A stretch of DNA of 63,733 bases, filler included, from Craspedostauros australis (GCA_030167865.1; 16 parts of 16 records of this genome joined end to end with filler, not necessarily neighbours in it), one strand, 5' to 3'; numbered from the whole stretch's first letter, positions 51,823 through 63,733 are shown. Notes: generated by a model not told the origin, from the sequence alone. Program-made: numbers and translations.

Positions 51823-52192
51823 TGTGACAGCTTTCTCTGTACCTTTTACCTCTCTACTACTAAAAATAGTCAAAATACTGGTTGGGGGATTGTCTTCGGA
51901 CAACTCACAATAAAAGAACAAGAGCTCCGACCAGGGCACACAACAACGGGCCAATACGTCTTCAGTAGTTTCTTGTGCACTTTGACAGCAGGGATGGCAA
52001 TGGTGACAAGGCAACAGGTGATGGCGATAGCAATGGAAGGGATGGCGATCATCTTGAAAGCCCTGCAATTTGGAGACATCAAAGGCACCACGATGTTGCT
52101 GGTTGACGCTTCCCTATTGAAGGGCAAGTGGCTGACTCACTGTACAAGCCCAAGAGCTCCATGGTCCGCAAACATGCTTGGTGTTCCCAACA
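51823..52192 (+). mobile_element. Putative 3' LTR of the Copia element (right end uncertain)
   Basis: TGTGACAG begins directly after the PPT; CAACA at ~52192 is only a candidate end. Confidence 0.5.
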
Positions 52193-52846
52193 CTCACGAG
52201 ATTCAATACGAGGATGAGAAAGCTTGGTTAATTGAAGCTTCGAATGTCACTGATGCCAAATTTGGTGGAGGAAGAGGCTTGGGAGTGCTCCGTTGTGCAC
52301 GAACTTGGCGCGACGGTGAAGGAAGACCACAAGTAGTCACCCCAACCAGTACCAGTGGATACAAAAAGGCAAAGATGAGGCGTAAAGCCCAGAAGAGTGG
52401 GAAACAGAGTGGAGCGAATGTATTCAAAACAGCCCTCTGCAACAACCTCATGGAAACTGCTGATCATGACGCGATGGGGAAGGATACAACTGCTGCTATG
52501 GATCTTCCTCCTGCTGCAACACCGGGTTGCGTTGCAAAGAAGACTCGATCGTTTGAACCTATCCTGACTATGTGTTGGCAGAGCTGAACAAAATCTGCGT
52601 ACTTGCTTGCCATGACTCAAGGAACAGAATGTCGGAGTACGACGCACACTGACAACTGATGGCGATGGAACGGGTGAAAACAGACTGGTACGCTCAACTA
52701 CACGTATCACCACTGAGAGTAAAAGCATACCTCATCACGGACTATCNNNNNNNNNNNNNNNNNNNNNNNNNNNNNNNNNNNNNNNNNNNNTTAATTAATT
52801 AANNNNNNNNNNNNNNNNNNNNNNNNNNNNNNNNNNNNNNNNNNNN

Positions 52847-54935
52847 GCCGGGATTCTCGAAGAGAGAGAACGCATGCCACTGCTTCTTGTCGATCCATGG
52901 CAGACACACGTAGCAGTACCCACCGTTGGCCCCCTTCTTCTGGAACTCCTCCGACACCCTCATGGTCATCTGCACTCCCGTCGGGAGCACGTCGAACTTC
53001 GTGGTTTCGATCTTCTCCGTCATGATGAAGTAGCAGTACGCGTTGTCGAGGACGTACAGGATCATCACGGTTCCAAACACGTACTGCGTGAAGCCACCGT
53101 TGGGCATCGCAGCCGGCTTGGTGTGGAAGCACAGGGCCACGCCGAAGAGGAGGAAGAGGTAGTGCAGGTTCTTGCGGATCTCGTACTTGATCTTCTGCCT
53201 GTACATGAACATGGGCGTGCAGATGAGGATGCAGCTGGTGATGATGAGGAAGCCGGTGAGGCCTGTGAAGTGATCGAAGACGAGGTTGAGGTTGCCTTGA
53301 TCTGCCCATCGGATGAGATGTGCCAGGGTGTGGCTGATGCTGAAGATGAGGATGGTGTATCCACAGTACAGATGGAGCTCGTGGAGGTCACAGTCGAGGA
53401 ACATGGATACGGTGGTGCGTGCGAGGAAGCTGGTGATGGCTCTGAGCTTGCTGATGTACACCATGACGAGTGCTGTGAAGTATGTGCGTGTGGGTGGGTG
53501 TGCGCGTGTGCGTGTGTTGGAATAGCCAAGTGGCAAAGTGGCAATGTGGCAATGTGGTAACATGAGAAATGGAGGAGAGTGGAGGGGAGGGGGGAGTGGT
53601 GTTTGATAATGGTGTGAGTTGCGAGTTGCGGTGAAAACAGAGATACACACATGCGTGTGCAGGATGATGTTTGGTGTAGAATACAATGGCGATGGCACCA
53701 TCTACATTGAGCATGAATCGAACTCACCTGGATACATGAAGAACGCGCTGGATCGTGCCACGATGATGCAAAGGAGCTGGAAGAGGTTGCTCGCCACGAT
53801 GGGACGTTCCACGCCGTTGACGAGGATGAGACCGCGGGCGGTGCGTTCGGCTGAGTCGGTGTCGATGACAACTCCGTTCTTGTACAATCCACCGAAGAGT
53901 GTCATGAGGTTGATGAAGACGACGAGGGAGATCTGGATGATCTTCAATGTCTTGTGCTGCAGGAGCTTCTTCTTGAATGCCTTGAACTTGTAGGCGGTGT
54001 TCGGCGAGGAGTTGGAATCCGGCGGTGGTGGATTCTGAGATGGTGTCTGTTGGTGGTACGGCGAAGTTTGGCGCGCGGTTTTGTCCAGCATATCCAAACC
54101 GAGGGACTTTCCGCTGGTCTCGTCGCGGAGCAGGTCAGTGGGCGCGGTGGGCGTTTCGACGTCGATGCCGATTTGCGGAACGGCCGACTCGTATCCTGTT
54201 GGAGCTGGCGCATGATCGTACGTGGCTTGCGGCTCCTGGAAAGGATCATCCATTTGGATGTCGTCTTCCGGCGCGTCAAAGAATCGAACGGTGGACCGTG
54301 CGTTGCCATCGCCGTAATGGTGCTGGCGGGGCTGGCTGTGATTGGGGTACTGATCAAAGTAGGGCGACGTGAACTCCTGCTGCTCGCTTGGGGCGGGCTG
54401 AGCCACGAGCACAAAGTCTCCATTCTTGGAGCTTCGTTTCTGAACCGAAAGGACGCGACGCAGCTCCTGCGAATGCTCACCATAGAAACGACGATCGCCA
54501 CACGAGAAGTGGCCGCTGTTCGGCGCGAGGCTGCCGCTGTAGTTGCGGGTTGGCACGCGGCTCGTCCTGCGGGTCATGGTCGGCTGGCTGCCGGAGTTGT
54601 TCTTGGCGGGTTTCTTCGCCTTGCCACCGGATGCGCTCCTCCTGGTGCTTGATTGNNNNNNNNNNNNNNNNNNNNNNNNNNNNNNNNNNNNNNNNNNNNT
54701 TAATTAATTAANNNNNNNNNNNNNNNNNNNNNNNNNNNNNNNNNNNNNNNNNNNNCTCTACGTTGCGAAAGTCGAGCTCAGCATGGATATCTGCGTTTAG
54801 CTCTCTCTCGTTGTATCCATCATCGTAGAAGTCATTCCCTGATGTGAAGGTGACGGACACTCGTTCCGTTGATGAGGGCTGCGAGATGTAGCTTGCGGTA
54901 GAGTTCGCCATGGCCTTGTTAGCGTCCATTTGCAT
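52847..54935 (-). CDS. Ferric reductase / NADPH oxidase family protein, partial
   Basis: Heme-ligand His pairs (LHLYCG..SHTLAH; LHYLF..CFH), FAD motif QWHAFS; intron 53727-53473 in frame. The N-terminal piece 54935-54756 lies across a linker (join inferred). Confidence 0.88.
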
Positions 54936-55405
54936 GTTGATGATGTGGGCTTGGTTGCGTTTCGGAGGTGTATGTGGTCGTGGGTGCTGTGGAGTGGAGT
55001 GGAGTGGAGTCGAAGAAAGCATCGGTCTCTCCACGAGGTAAGGCTGGATGACGCAGCAAGAGCCCAATATTTATGATCACCTTTCCATGCTGTTGAAAAA
55101 CTGTGATGTTGGTGGCGATGTTTGCTTGGTCTCGCATGAGTGATGCGTGATGTTGGCAAACATTGTTTTCTTGTAGATTTGGAGGGACGATTGATCTTCG
55201 TGTGAGCGACATGGATGACACCGATTTTGAGAACCAAGAGTCATAATAGGCCACAGAGGTCAAGATCAATGTTCACGAAGGTTGCGTGCGAATTCACAAC
55301 TAGTCCATTTCCTCCACAACAACCTTCGCGTTCGCAGGTGTCCGAAGGACACTGTGTTTGTGCTGCCGCAACAATGGAAGGTCTTTTGACGCAGGCTGCA
55401 CATGG

Positions 55406-55476
55406 GCCACTTGGCGGAGCTATTTAGTCCTATGAGCCACTTGGCGGAGCTATTTAGTCCTATGAGCCACTTGGCG
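55406..55476. repeat. 30-bp tandem repeat, ~2.4 copies
   Basis: GCCACTTGGCGGAGCTATTTAGTCCTATGA twice, then GCCACTTGGCG. Confidence 0.95.
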
Positions 55477-55860
55477 TTGCCTCTGATGTCATTGGCTATG
55501 TATCTAGATTCCAAGAAGACGAACGTTGTTTGCCTGGGCGTTTCTTCGCCTTTGTTTTATCAAGTCTGTGAAATATGAATAGCGCGAGATGCTTCTTTTC
55601 CTTCACACGAAATCGTCGCTGACACACATGACTCACTACACAGAACACAACGATCCCAAACTCCGGAAACGGGACAACAATTTGGATGCGCTTTGCGCCA
55701 AAGGCCCCCCAACTGACGTCGAAATGACTTTCTTTGTGCATGAGCCCAAGGAACACCTGACATTTTGCCCGTTTTTCATTTTTCTTACTTGTAGTTGAAG
55801 TTCATCTAAAGAACGGACTACTTTTCACTCAGTGTGTTCCTTGTCGCACCATGAAATTAT

Positions 55861-55885
55861 TTTGGCGCGAAATTTTGGCGCGAAA
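55861..55885. promoter_or_regulatory. Two tandem E2F-consensus-like sites TTTGGCGCGAAA
   Basis: Matches TTTSSCGC on both strands, 13-bp period; function untested. Confidence 0.4.
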
Positions 55886-56585
55886 CCTCCCACCAACAAA
55901 TACGGAACAATCACTCCTTTCCCTCCTTCTCCCACACTCAATCATGAATCACCACTGACTCAAATACTATCCGAGTCAATGGGATCAAGGCACCCTGGGA
56001 ACTATATGCTCTCCTGAGCTATTGCAATGCAGTCAACCTGAATTCCGTTGTCAGCTATACAACCTGACAACCCTGCACGACAACAGCCAAGAGATCTTCC
56101 CTGCTTCAACACATGCAGGGAATCCTACATCAATTCCCTCGGCCTGACAACCTGTGTTCTCGATCTCAACCTCAATCAAGGTGTCAAGGCTTTGTACTCG
56201 AACGTAGAACAACTATGATGAGATACTGGAGAAAGAGAGAAAGAGAGGACCTATCCGCCCTCAGCACTGAACCTCTAAAGGTCAGTGCAGAGCCGCACTA
56301 CTCAACTGACAATCGTTTCTTCATCCTACATCTCAAACTGATCAACTCACAATGCAGACTATTCAAATAACAAATAGCACAACTCAAGATCAACACTAAT
56401 CTACTTCATTGTCATTCACTACTAACCCCAGACGGTCGCCCCAAGTTGACTTCACCATCAAATTCCTCGAATCTAGCAGTCAGCTAGGCCATCCCTTCCG
56501 GATCGTGTCACAACAGCACACGAAAATCCAACTCTTGTGACTTAATCTACTGGGACCTAAAGCACAGCGCTGAGACAAAAAAGTT

Positions 56586-57375
56586 TGTTGGCAAGTTCCG
56601 TGATTGGATGCCTACGATCGTGGAAGACGGTGTTGGTTGATAGTCATTCTGTGTTGACAAGTTCCGCTCACAGAAGCCTACGATTGTGGAAGACGGTGTT
56701 GTTGATAGTCGCTCGTTTGTTATTTCATTATGTTGGCACTCCAATCCTCTTGGTGTCTCTGTTGTCTTTGCCCGATGCTCTCAGCACGTTTGTCTATCTC
56801 GTAGATTGGGTCGTCCGACTATGAGTCGGTACATGAGATGCTCTCTCGCTGCTCTTCGTATTCTCTCTCTCTCTTTCTCAATATCGTGTACTCGTGCTAC
56901 ACAATGCTTCGCGTTCGATACGTACTCCGCATTCAACACTTTGTTCGTTCACTACTGGTTCCTACTCCATGAGTACTTACCATTTGAACTTCACCTCTTG
57001 TATCCATGATCTTGATGCTCTTCGGTCATCTGATCTTTACCTTCTGCTTCTGACATGGAGACAGATGTCGATGTGGTGACACGGTGGCATCCTGTCTACG
57101 TCAGCTGTCGTCCTTCTGCTCTCCAGATGTCACGTTCCGTCGATGATGTGATGGTCTCTCAGATGATATCGTCATCTGAGGTTTAGTTGGGAGGTACATC
57201 GAGATTCTCTTGGTACCATTGATGGATGGACGGACGATGTTTCCAATTCTCTCAGAAATCGTTGATTCCAAATTTCCTCCAGAAATTCTGCTCATTTTCG
57301 TGTTCCATTTCCGCTGTGATTCTGACAACTCACATCATACTATTGACACGAATGTAGTTGTACCGTCCGTACATG
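56586..57375 (-). mobile_element. LTR-like family A copy with internal ~66-bp duplication
   Basis: Homology to 48223-48532; TGTTGG terminus at 56586; far boundary not defined. Confidence 0.6.
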
Positions 57376-57475
57376 NNNNNNNNNNNNNNNNNNNNNNNNN
57401 NNNNNNNNNNNNNNNNNNNTTAATTAATTAANNNNNNNNNNNNNNNNNNNNNNNNNNNNNNNNNNNNNNNNNNNN

Positions 57476-58802
57476 TGCTTGGACTTGGTGTCGAATTCTT
57501 GGCAGCAACATGGATGGAGGCAGGGGCTTCCCTTCTCATATCCACGAAAATCACATCTTTGTCACATGCTCCATACTCGGTTCGTCCTCCTCCTGAAGTT
57601 CCTTCCGCTGTGGCAGGATGACCGTTGCCGTTTCCAAAGCGAGGATCGATGCTAACAGACAATGGCGAAGAAGANGCATTGCATGTTGTCTGACCCAGAG
57701 TTGCTGGGATGATCCTTCGTTCTCCTCTTCGTCTCTTCCGAATTCTTGAACCAGATCGTTGCACCACAGTTGCTCCAACATGTACATCTCCGGCTGCTGA
57801 ATTGGTCGATACTGACTGGCAATCGGTGTCTCCTTCCAGTACATTCCGTCTGTTTCTATCTCTGACCGATGTATGTTGCACCAACATGTTTGTCATTGAT
57901 GGTGGTATCTCATTGTCCGTTTGCTGTGCCATGGTTGTTGCACTTCTGCGGTAGTCACTGCCCAGCGCATGCGCATTCTGCGTGGAGGCCGCAGAGGGGG
58001 GCTCTCTCCTTGCCCCTGCCTTGTTCACGTCCGGATCTCCCCTCTCCATGATCCGAATGGTTGCATCTGGCGCCATGGCGCCCCTGCCTCCATCTGGTCC
58101 ATCGGTAGAATCTGACATGTTTGCACCAGTCGTGTTCAATCCATATGCAGGAACAGCAGAGGCCTGGGCAAGCAATGCATCTTCGGCATCAGCTTCTGCG
58201 GTTGCAGCCATTTCCGTAGCAAGCCTTGCTGCTTGTTGGGCGATCCTTGCGGTAGCGCGCTTTGCCCGGGCATCTGCCTTCTTCTGCCGGACCTCCTCGT
58301 TGGTATTGCGCTGCGTGTAGTTCAGGTTGGTTTCAGAACACCATAATGTTGGGTTGCTGTGGAGAAGATGATGACATGTGTTCTCGACCACTGCTGCCAC
58401 ACTCTTCACAGGGAAATTGCAAAGTGCCAGGGTAGGTGATACCCCCTGTGTCTCCATCCATGCCCTCTTTTCCTCATTCGACTGTGCGCACACGAACATG
58501 TGGCATCCAGCGCACACCCAGGTAGTCACATTCGCACAAACGACGCAGGTTCCTCGTTTGGCGACGCACTTCCTGGGGATGTGCTCTCTTTGCTTCATGT
58601 TGGTGCGTATCAAGTGTTGCCTTGGGGTATCTGCGGTGGCCTTCATGCAAAGGATACCTCGTAGCTCCGCTGGTTGTACCGGACTCGAATTTGTTGGAGG
58701 ATTGCCTTCGAAGAGCCTTGGTATACCGTGTGGGATCCTTTTGCAATGGATTGATATAGTGCCAGAATAGTTGCCATCAGCCTCAGCCTGTTGGACCTCG
58801 TC
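57476..58802 (-). CDS. C-terminal part of a piggyBac-like transposase relative (Cys/His-rich domain plus low-complexity tail)
   Basis: RGTCVVC..TTWVCAGCHMFVC...NTCHHLLH, homologous to the domain at ~61280-61500. Confidence 0.55.
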
Positions 58803-59413
58803 NNNNNNNNNNNNNNNNNNNNNNNNNNNNNNNNNNNNNNNNNNNNTTAATTAATTAANNNNNNNNNNNNNNNNNNNNNNNNNNNNNNNNNNNNNNNNNN
58901 NNATCCAATCAAATCAACACGAATCTTCAGCAACCACCACACAGTTGCCCACCTGTACCAAAGGTCATACCAAGCCACCTCTCATCGCAGGGAGCCTGAC
59001 CAGACGGATGCAGCATCGTGGATGCGGCAGGTTCCCCACCTTCATACTCGCACGTGTATGTACTCCGGACGAAACCGCGAGCCGCAAGCCGCAATCCACA
59101 ATCCGCGAGCCACTGACACCGCGCCATGCTGTGCCAACACAACGAATGCGAGCTACAACACACCCAACAGCGGCAGCTTGATATAGTGTAATACATCTCA
59201 ATGCACAGTATCTCAAGACGGTGATGTCGTCAATTGCTCAGGGCGATATTCCAGACTCTACGTGAAGATTCTACTGTTATATGCACGTGGTACTAGTATA
59301 GTACTAGTATTATTGTAATATTATGTAAAATGGAATCAAAATCCTTTGGAAATTACGGGAGGCGGGGAGAGCCCTGCGACAATCCAGGCATGTTCCTGCT
59401 CGCGCTCCTACTC

Positions 59414-59947
59414 CTACTCATCAGCGCTGTCGCTGCTGCTGCTCTCCTCCATGGAGCTGAGGTGCTTCGATTCCTCGTACCTGCGAACGGACTGCTCCTT
59501 CGCTTCCGCCCATTGCTCGATGCTCTCGTCCTCGCCGTCCAACAACAGGAGCTCCCATCCCTCGAAGAAGTATGGGAGCAGGTAAAGGCGCGCCGGGATG
59601 CAAAGCAAGGTCATCAATGGGAAGATGATGGCGATCGCCTTCAAGTTCTGCACCAGGAACACCAAAGCGAAGAAGCCGATCTGAAGGATGGTGTACATGT
59701 GGATGCGCCTCTTCTCCATGTGCTCGGTGTAGCAGTTCTTGGCGTACTTGGATGGTTGCTGGAAGAAGAGGAGGAAGCGATTCCAGAACTGGATGTTGGG
59801 CAAGCTGGAGAGACCCATGAAGAGGAACACTCCGTACAGGACTGGCAGCGGGAGGAGCTTGAGGACGTTGAGGACCAGGAGAGACAGCCCGACCATGAGG
59901 TGGGAGAAGAACATGGTGAGGCGGGTCTCCTGTACCTCGAGGAAGTT
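59414..59947 (-). CDS. SLC4: SLC4-family bicarbonate/borate transporter, C-terminal fragment
   Basis: VQETRLT.FFSH, LPLPVLYGVFLFMGLSSL, QFWNR, IHMYTILQ, IIFP. Confidence 0.93.
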   Translation of the reverse strand, partial: NFLEVQETRLTMFFSHLMVGLSLLVLNVLKLLPLPVLYGVFLFMGLSSLPNIQFWNRFLLFFQQPSKYAKNCYTEHMEKRRIHMYTILQIGFFALVFLVQNLKAIAIIFPLMTLLCIPARLYLLPYFFEGWELLLLDGEDESIEQWAEAKEQSVRRYEESKHLSSMEESSSSDSADE

Positions 59948-60047
59948 NNNNNNNNNNNNNNNNNNNNNNNNNNNNNNNNNNNNNNNNNNNNTTAATTAAT
60001 TAANNNNNNNNNNNNNNNNNNNNNNNNNNNNNNNNNNNNNNNNNNNN

Positions 60048-60915
60048 GTACCAGATGGATGGCGCAGGGCCACACAGAGACACAGAACTACTCAGATTCA
60101 TCAACGAGGAGTTCGACAGTCGCGGATGGCACTTACGACTGCAACCACCAAATTCTCCCATCACGAATGTGAAAGACGATGCGATATTCCCAGCGATGTC
60201 GAAACACGTGTCAGCATATCAAGGTGAGCACCATGGAAGCCGATTGCTTACCACTGAGGCATTGTGGAATGCTTGCAAAACCTGTTGGGAGCAATTTGGG
60301 TTGGACAAGGTGGCGCGTGCGTATGTTCGCCACCATCAGATCGCCTACGCAATTTGTGCTGCGAAAGGAGGTGACGAATTTGTGACGGAGCGCAAGGGAC
60401 TGAGCATGAACGTGCGGAAACAAACGTTCACTGAAACTGACGAGGATGGCAACAAGATCGGCGTTACCGTGTCTCACACGGACTTCGCGTTGGAGGGGGA
60501 GGTAACCAACGCAACCACCAAGAAACCAGCTGCAACAGGCAACAAAGGCAAATCAGCTGGCTTCAAATATGCCAAACCCAACATCGAAGGTATGTACAAT
60601 GATGCACTGAAGGTGATGGCTATCAGTGGTCTGCAGTGCCTGAAAACAAACCTGCCAACAAACAGCAGCCTCATTCCATTGCTGGACAAGCAAATCATTG
60701 ATACTACCAGAGCCAATGAGGAGGCTGAACAACAAAAGGAAGGCAAGAAGAAGAAGACGCCCAGCAAGAGCAAAGCCGAGATCATTGAGCCTCACAACAA
60801 CAACAGCAACACCAAGGCAGCACCCACCATGAACACAATTGAAGTGGCCTGTCTGGCTGGCAAGACCGAGCATCACAGCAAAGCAGAGCAGGATACCAAC
60901 ACAGCAGAGATGTAA
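60048..60915 (+). mobile_element. Tc1/mariner-superfamily transposase, C-terminal part
   Basis: QMDGAGPH ... LQPPNSPITNVKDDAIF. Confidence 0.8.
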
Positions 60916-60976
60916 CTTCAAATCATAGTAGTAGTGATGATATGTGTGAGGTACACCTGTGATTCGAATGGTTGTG

Positions 60977-61059
60977 TGTCGAGATGTACATGTGAGTACA
61001 TGTCAAGATGTACGTGTATATGTGCATCGTTCACCCGCTATTCTCTCATACGCACTTGG
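60977..61059 (+). repeat. LTR-like terminus (family B), copy 1
   Basis: ~81 bp starting TGTCGAGATG, near-identical to 62415-62495, running into a gap. Confidence 0.75.
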
Positions 61060-61159
61060 NNNNNNNNNNNNNNNNNNNNNNNNNNNNNNNNNNNNNNNNN
61101 NNNTTAATTAATTAANNNNNNNNNNNNNNNNNNNNNNNNNNNNNNNNNNNNNNNNNNNN

Positions 61160-62414
61160 TATTTCGGTTGGAGTCTGGCTCTCCTCCATCTGGCATGCCC
61201 TCTACAGCTTTGTTCCTTCTCGATGGCTTGTTCTTCTTGTTCCGCTTCACAAAGGTTTGTTTTGTCTTGCCAATCCAAGTTCTGTCCCTTCCATGAAGAA
61301 GGCGGAAACAGGTGTTGCTTGCCTCTAGCTCTTTGTTGTTGTGTCGAAGCTGGCACATTGTGACTTTCGTTTCGATGCCGCAGTACTGCATCCACCTTCC
61401 GTGGTGCGCCGTGGGCGCAACACACGCATGGAGGTGGCACTCCATGCACATCCATGGAGTCAATACGCCGCAGACAACACATGAGCCCCTTCTCGACGCC
61501 AGATGCACTGGAGCATGGCTGCCTTCGCAAACACGCCTGTTCATGTCCGAGCCTTTCTCCGTCGTCGCCTCCAAAACCTTCCGACAGCAGTCTCCGTACC
61601 GATCGACGGTCCGTCGCTTCGTTTGCATCCGTCCTTCTCCCTTCAGTGGCGCGATCTGCGCTTTCCACTGGCACCTCCATGGCTGGTACCGCAAAAGCTG
61701 CTATACGTTGTATGCTGCTTCGATCATCTTGTTCTCTGTCCTTCAGAGATTTGGCCCAGCTGCCAAGCGTGTCTTGGATTTTCCGAATTGATGCAACAAG
61801 CCCTTGGCGATGATTCATCATGCAGCGGAAGTGATGAATAGTTGGAGTCTTCTCCAGATCTGCATTTGTATAGATATCCTTTGTACAGCAGTACTGCTGG
61901 AGCTTGTGCAATGTGATGATCACGACTTCCATCAATCGCGACACAATCTTGCATTGGAATGTGGAGTGCGGTGGGTGGGCCTGGTTCTGTCGTATCATGC
62001 GGGTGACCACGTCTGATCCACCCTTGAACGCGTTCCAGCGTGAAATGATCGCGGGGACGAACGTATGCACTCTTGGAACCGGAGAAGGCAAGTCTTGACA
62101 GGCCCTCCATATCAACAAGTCATGCAGGACGTCTTCTCTCGTGAGATGAGCCACGCTAGACCCTCCCGAACCCCTCTTGTGAGGATTCCGTTTGGTTTGG
62201 AGGTAACTTTCCAGAAATTTCCAGGACGGAGTTGAGGTTGGTTTCGTACCGGCCTCCGTGTATGCAAATGCCAACATGAGCTTGTGGAGGTCTTGTAGCA
62301 CAGTACAATAGGATTGGATGAGAGACGATTCAAACCTAGTTGCCATAGTTTGGATTACGTTCCCCGTGGCATCACCTTCTCCAAAAGAGGATCCGGGTGT
62401 GCCACGAACGTAAG
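61160..62414 (-). mobile_element. piggyBac-like transposase fragment, frameshifted
   Basis: IISRWNAFKGGSD resembles piggyBac YN..xGGVD; Cys-rich domain RGSCVVC..CMECHLHAC..TCFRLLH in a second frame. Confidence 0.6.
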
Positions 62415-62495
62415 TGTCGAGATGTACATGTGAGTATATGTCAAGATGTACGTGTATATGTGCATCGTTCACCCGTTATTCTCTCATACGCACTT
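62415..62495 (+). repeat. LTR-like terminus (family B), copy 2, interrupting the piggyBac-like ORF
   Basis: Near-identical to 60977-61057 with a different left flank. Confidence 0.75.
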
Positions 62496-62929
62496 NNNNN
62501 NNNNNNNNNNNNNNNNNNNNNNNNNNNNNNNNNNNNNNNTTAATTAATTAANNNNNNNNNNNNNNNNNNNNNNNNNNNNNNNNNNNNNNNNNNNNGGAAT
62601 CGTACCGCATGAATGTAGATGATGATATGCATGATGAGATGCATGATGGAGATGCCTGATGAAAGGATCGATGAATACAGGCGAGAATGCATGATGAAGA
62701 CAGCATGAAGACAGCATGAAGGCAACAGTATGACATGATGTTACTGTGGATTATACATGCTATGGCAAATGGAATTGGAAGAGCTGAAGATGTTATGCTC
62801 ACAGTTCTGAGAATGCAACAACAGGAATAGGTAATCAGATATAACTAATAAGGCTGGGTTACCCCGGATTTCCAACAGAGAGAGGGACCAGAAGGGACTG
62901 CATTGGCGAGGCTTCGTGATCTATCATGG

Positions 62930-63733
62930 CCAATCTTTGCATATGTTAACAAGCACGATGGAGTAGCTGCCCGTATGTACCACGCTTGGGCCATGTCTAA
63001 GGGGCTGCGGGATGTGTGTTTGTGTTGTGGGATGTGTGATAGATGCTGTTGATGATGCTGAGGGGGAGGCCAGCAGTGACTGCATTGGTGAGATCTGTGA
63101 TCCATCATGGTCATCCATTGAGTATGCTAACGAGCATCATGGAGTATCCGACCGTAGGTGTTGCGGATGTATCATGTCATGGGGGGATATGTGACGTGCG
63201 TATGCATTATGGGATGTGTAATAGATGCTGTTGATGATGCTGAGGGGGAGGCCAGAAGTGACTGCATTGGTGAGATCTGTGATCCATCATGGTCATCTGT
63301 TGTGTGTGGTAACGAGCATCACTGAGTAGCTGTTCGCATGTGCCACTCTTGCGTCGTGTCCAGGGGGCTATGCAACGTGTGAATGCGATTTGTGAGAAGT
63401 GAGAGTATTGTAGTTGATGGTGTCAAGAGCGAGCATGACAGTGACTGCAGCTGTGAGACTCAGCAATACGCTATGCTCACCCTTTGATCGTGACAATGAG
63501 CATCATGGAGTGGCAGGCTGCATGTGCCATGCTTGAGCCAGGTCATGCGGGCTGTGAGATGTGTGTATGCGTCGTGGGATGTGAGAACATCGCAGTTGAT
63601 GGTGTCAAGAGCGAGCGTGACAGTGACTGCAGCTGTGAGACTCAGCAATACGCTATGCTCAGCCTTTGATCGTGACAACGAGCATCATGGGGTGGCAGGC
63701 TGAATGTGCCATGCTTGAGCCAGGTCATGCGGG
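62930..63733. repeat. Diverged ~182-bp tandem repeat (satellite), more than 4 units
   Basis: Anchor (G/A)AGCA(T/C)-(C/G)A at 62951, 63132, 63314, 63498, 63680. Confidence 0.88.

Larger units (their letters stand above)
16796..62595. other. 15 artificial 100-bp scaffold linkers (N44-TTAATTAATTAA-N44) starting at 16796, 18463, 20902, 24640, 26465, 28027, 29535, 48123, 52747, 54656, 57376, 58803, 59948, 61060, 62496
   Basis: Identical 12-mer giving stops in all six frames, centred in fixed-length N runs. Confidence 0.97.

Noticed and set aside
51778..52587. 269-aa ORF after pol as an env-like gene
   Set aside because: It spans the PPT and putative LTR, has a non-ATG start and shows no recognisable motif.

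Overview
Eukaryotic, intron-containing genomic DNA; the gene content and Copia type suggest a diatom (inference, species not determinable). The window is a scaffold of 16 pieces joined by 15 artificial 100-bp linkers (44 N + TTAATTAATTAA + 44 N), so adjacency across linkers is unproven. Two gene-rich pieces (1-16.8 kb, 29.6-48.1 kb) encode a two-exon chitin synthase with cytochrome-b5-like domains, two glycosyltransferases, a SET-domain protein, NAP1, MOCS2B, isopentenyl phosphate kinase, a sulfotransferase-like protein and secreted Pro/Ser/Thr-repeat proteins. The rest is mostly TE-rich: two Ty1/Copia pol regions (one heavily CpG-decayed), LTR fragments, mariner-like and piggyBac-like transposases, a duplicated P-loop gene, partial ferric reductase/NOX and SLC4 genes, and a ~182-bp satellite. 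The most notable feature is a 206-bp insertion (49576-49781) inside Copia pol. It has a perfect GGTCA target-site duplication, imperfect inverted ends, and an internal TATA + tRNA-like A/B-box + oligo-T cassette. It is a candidate tRNA-carrying solo LTR or miniature mobile element.
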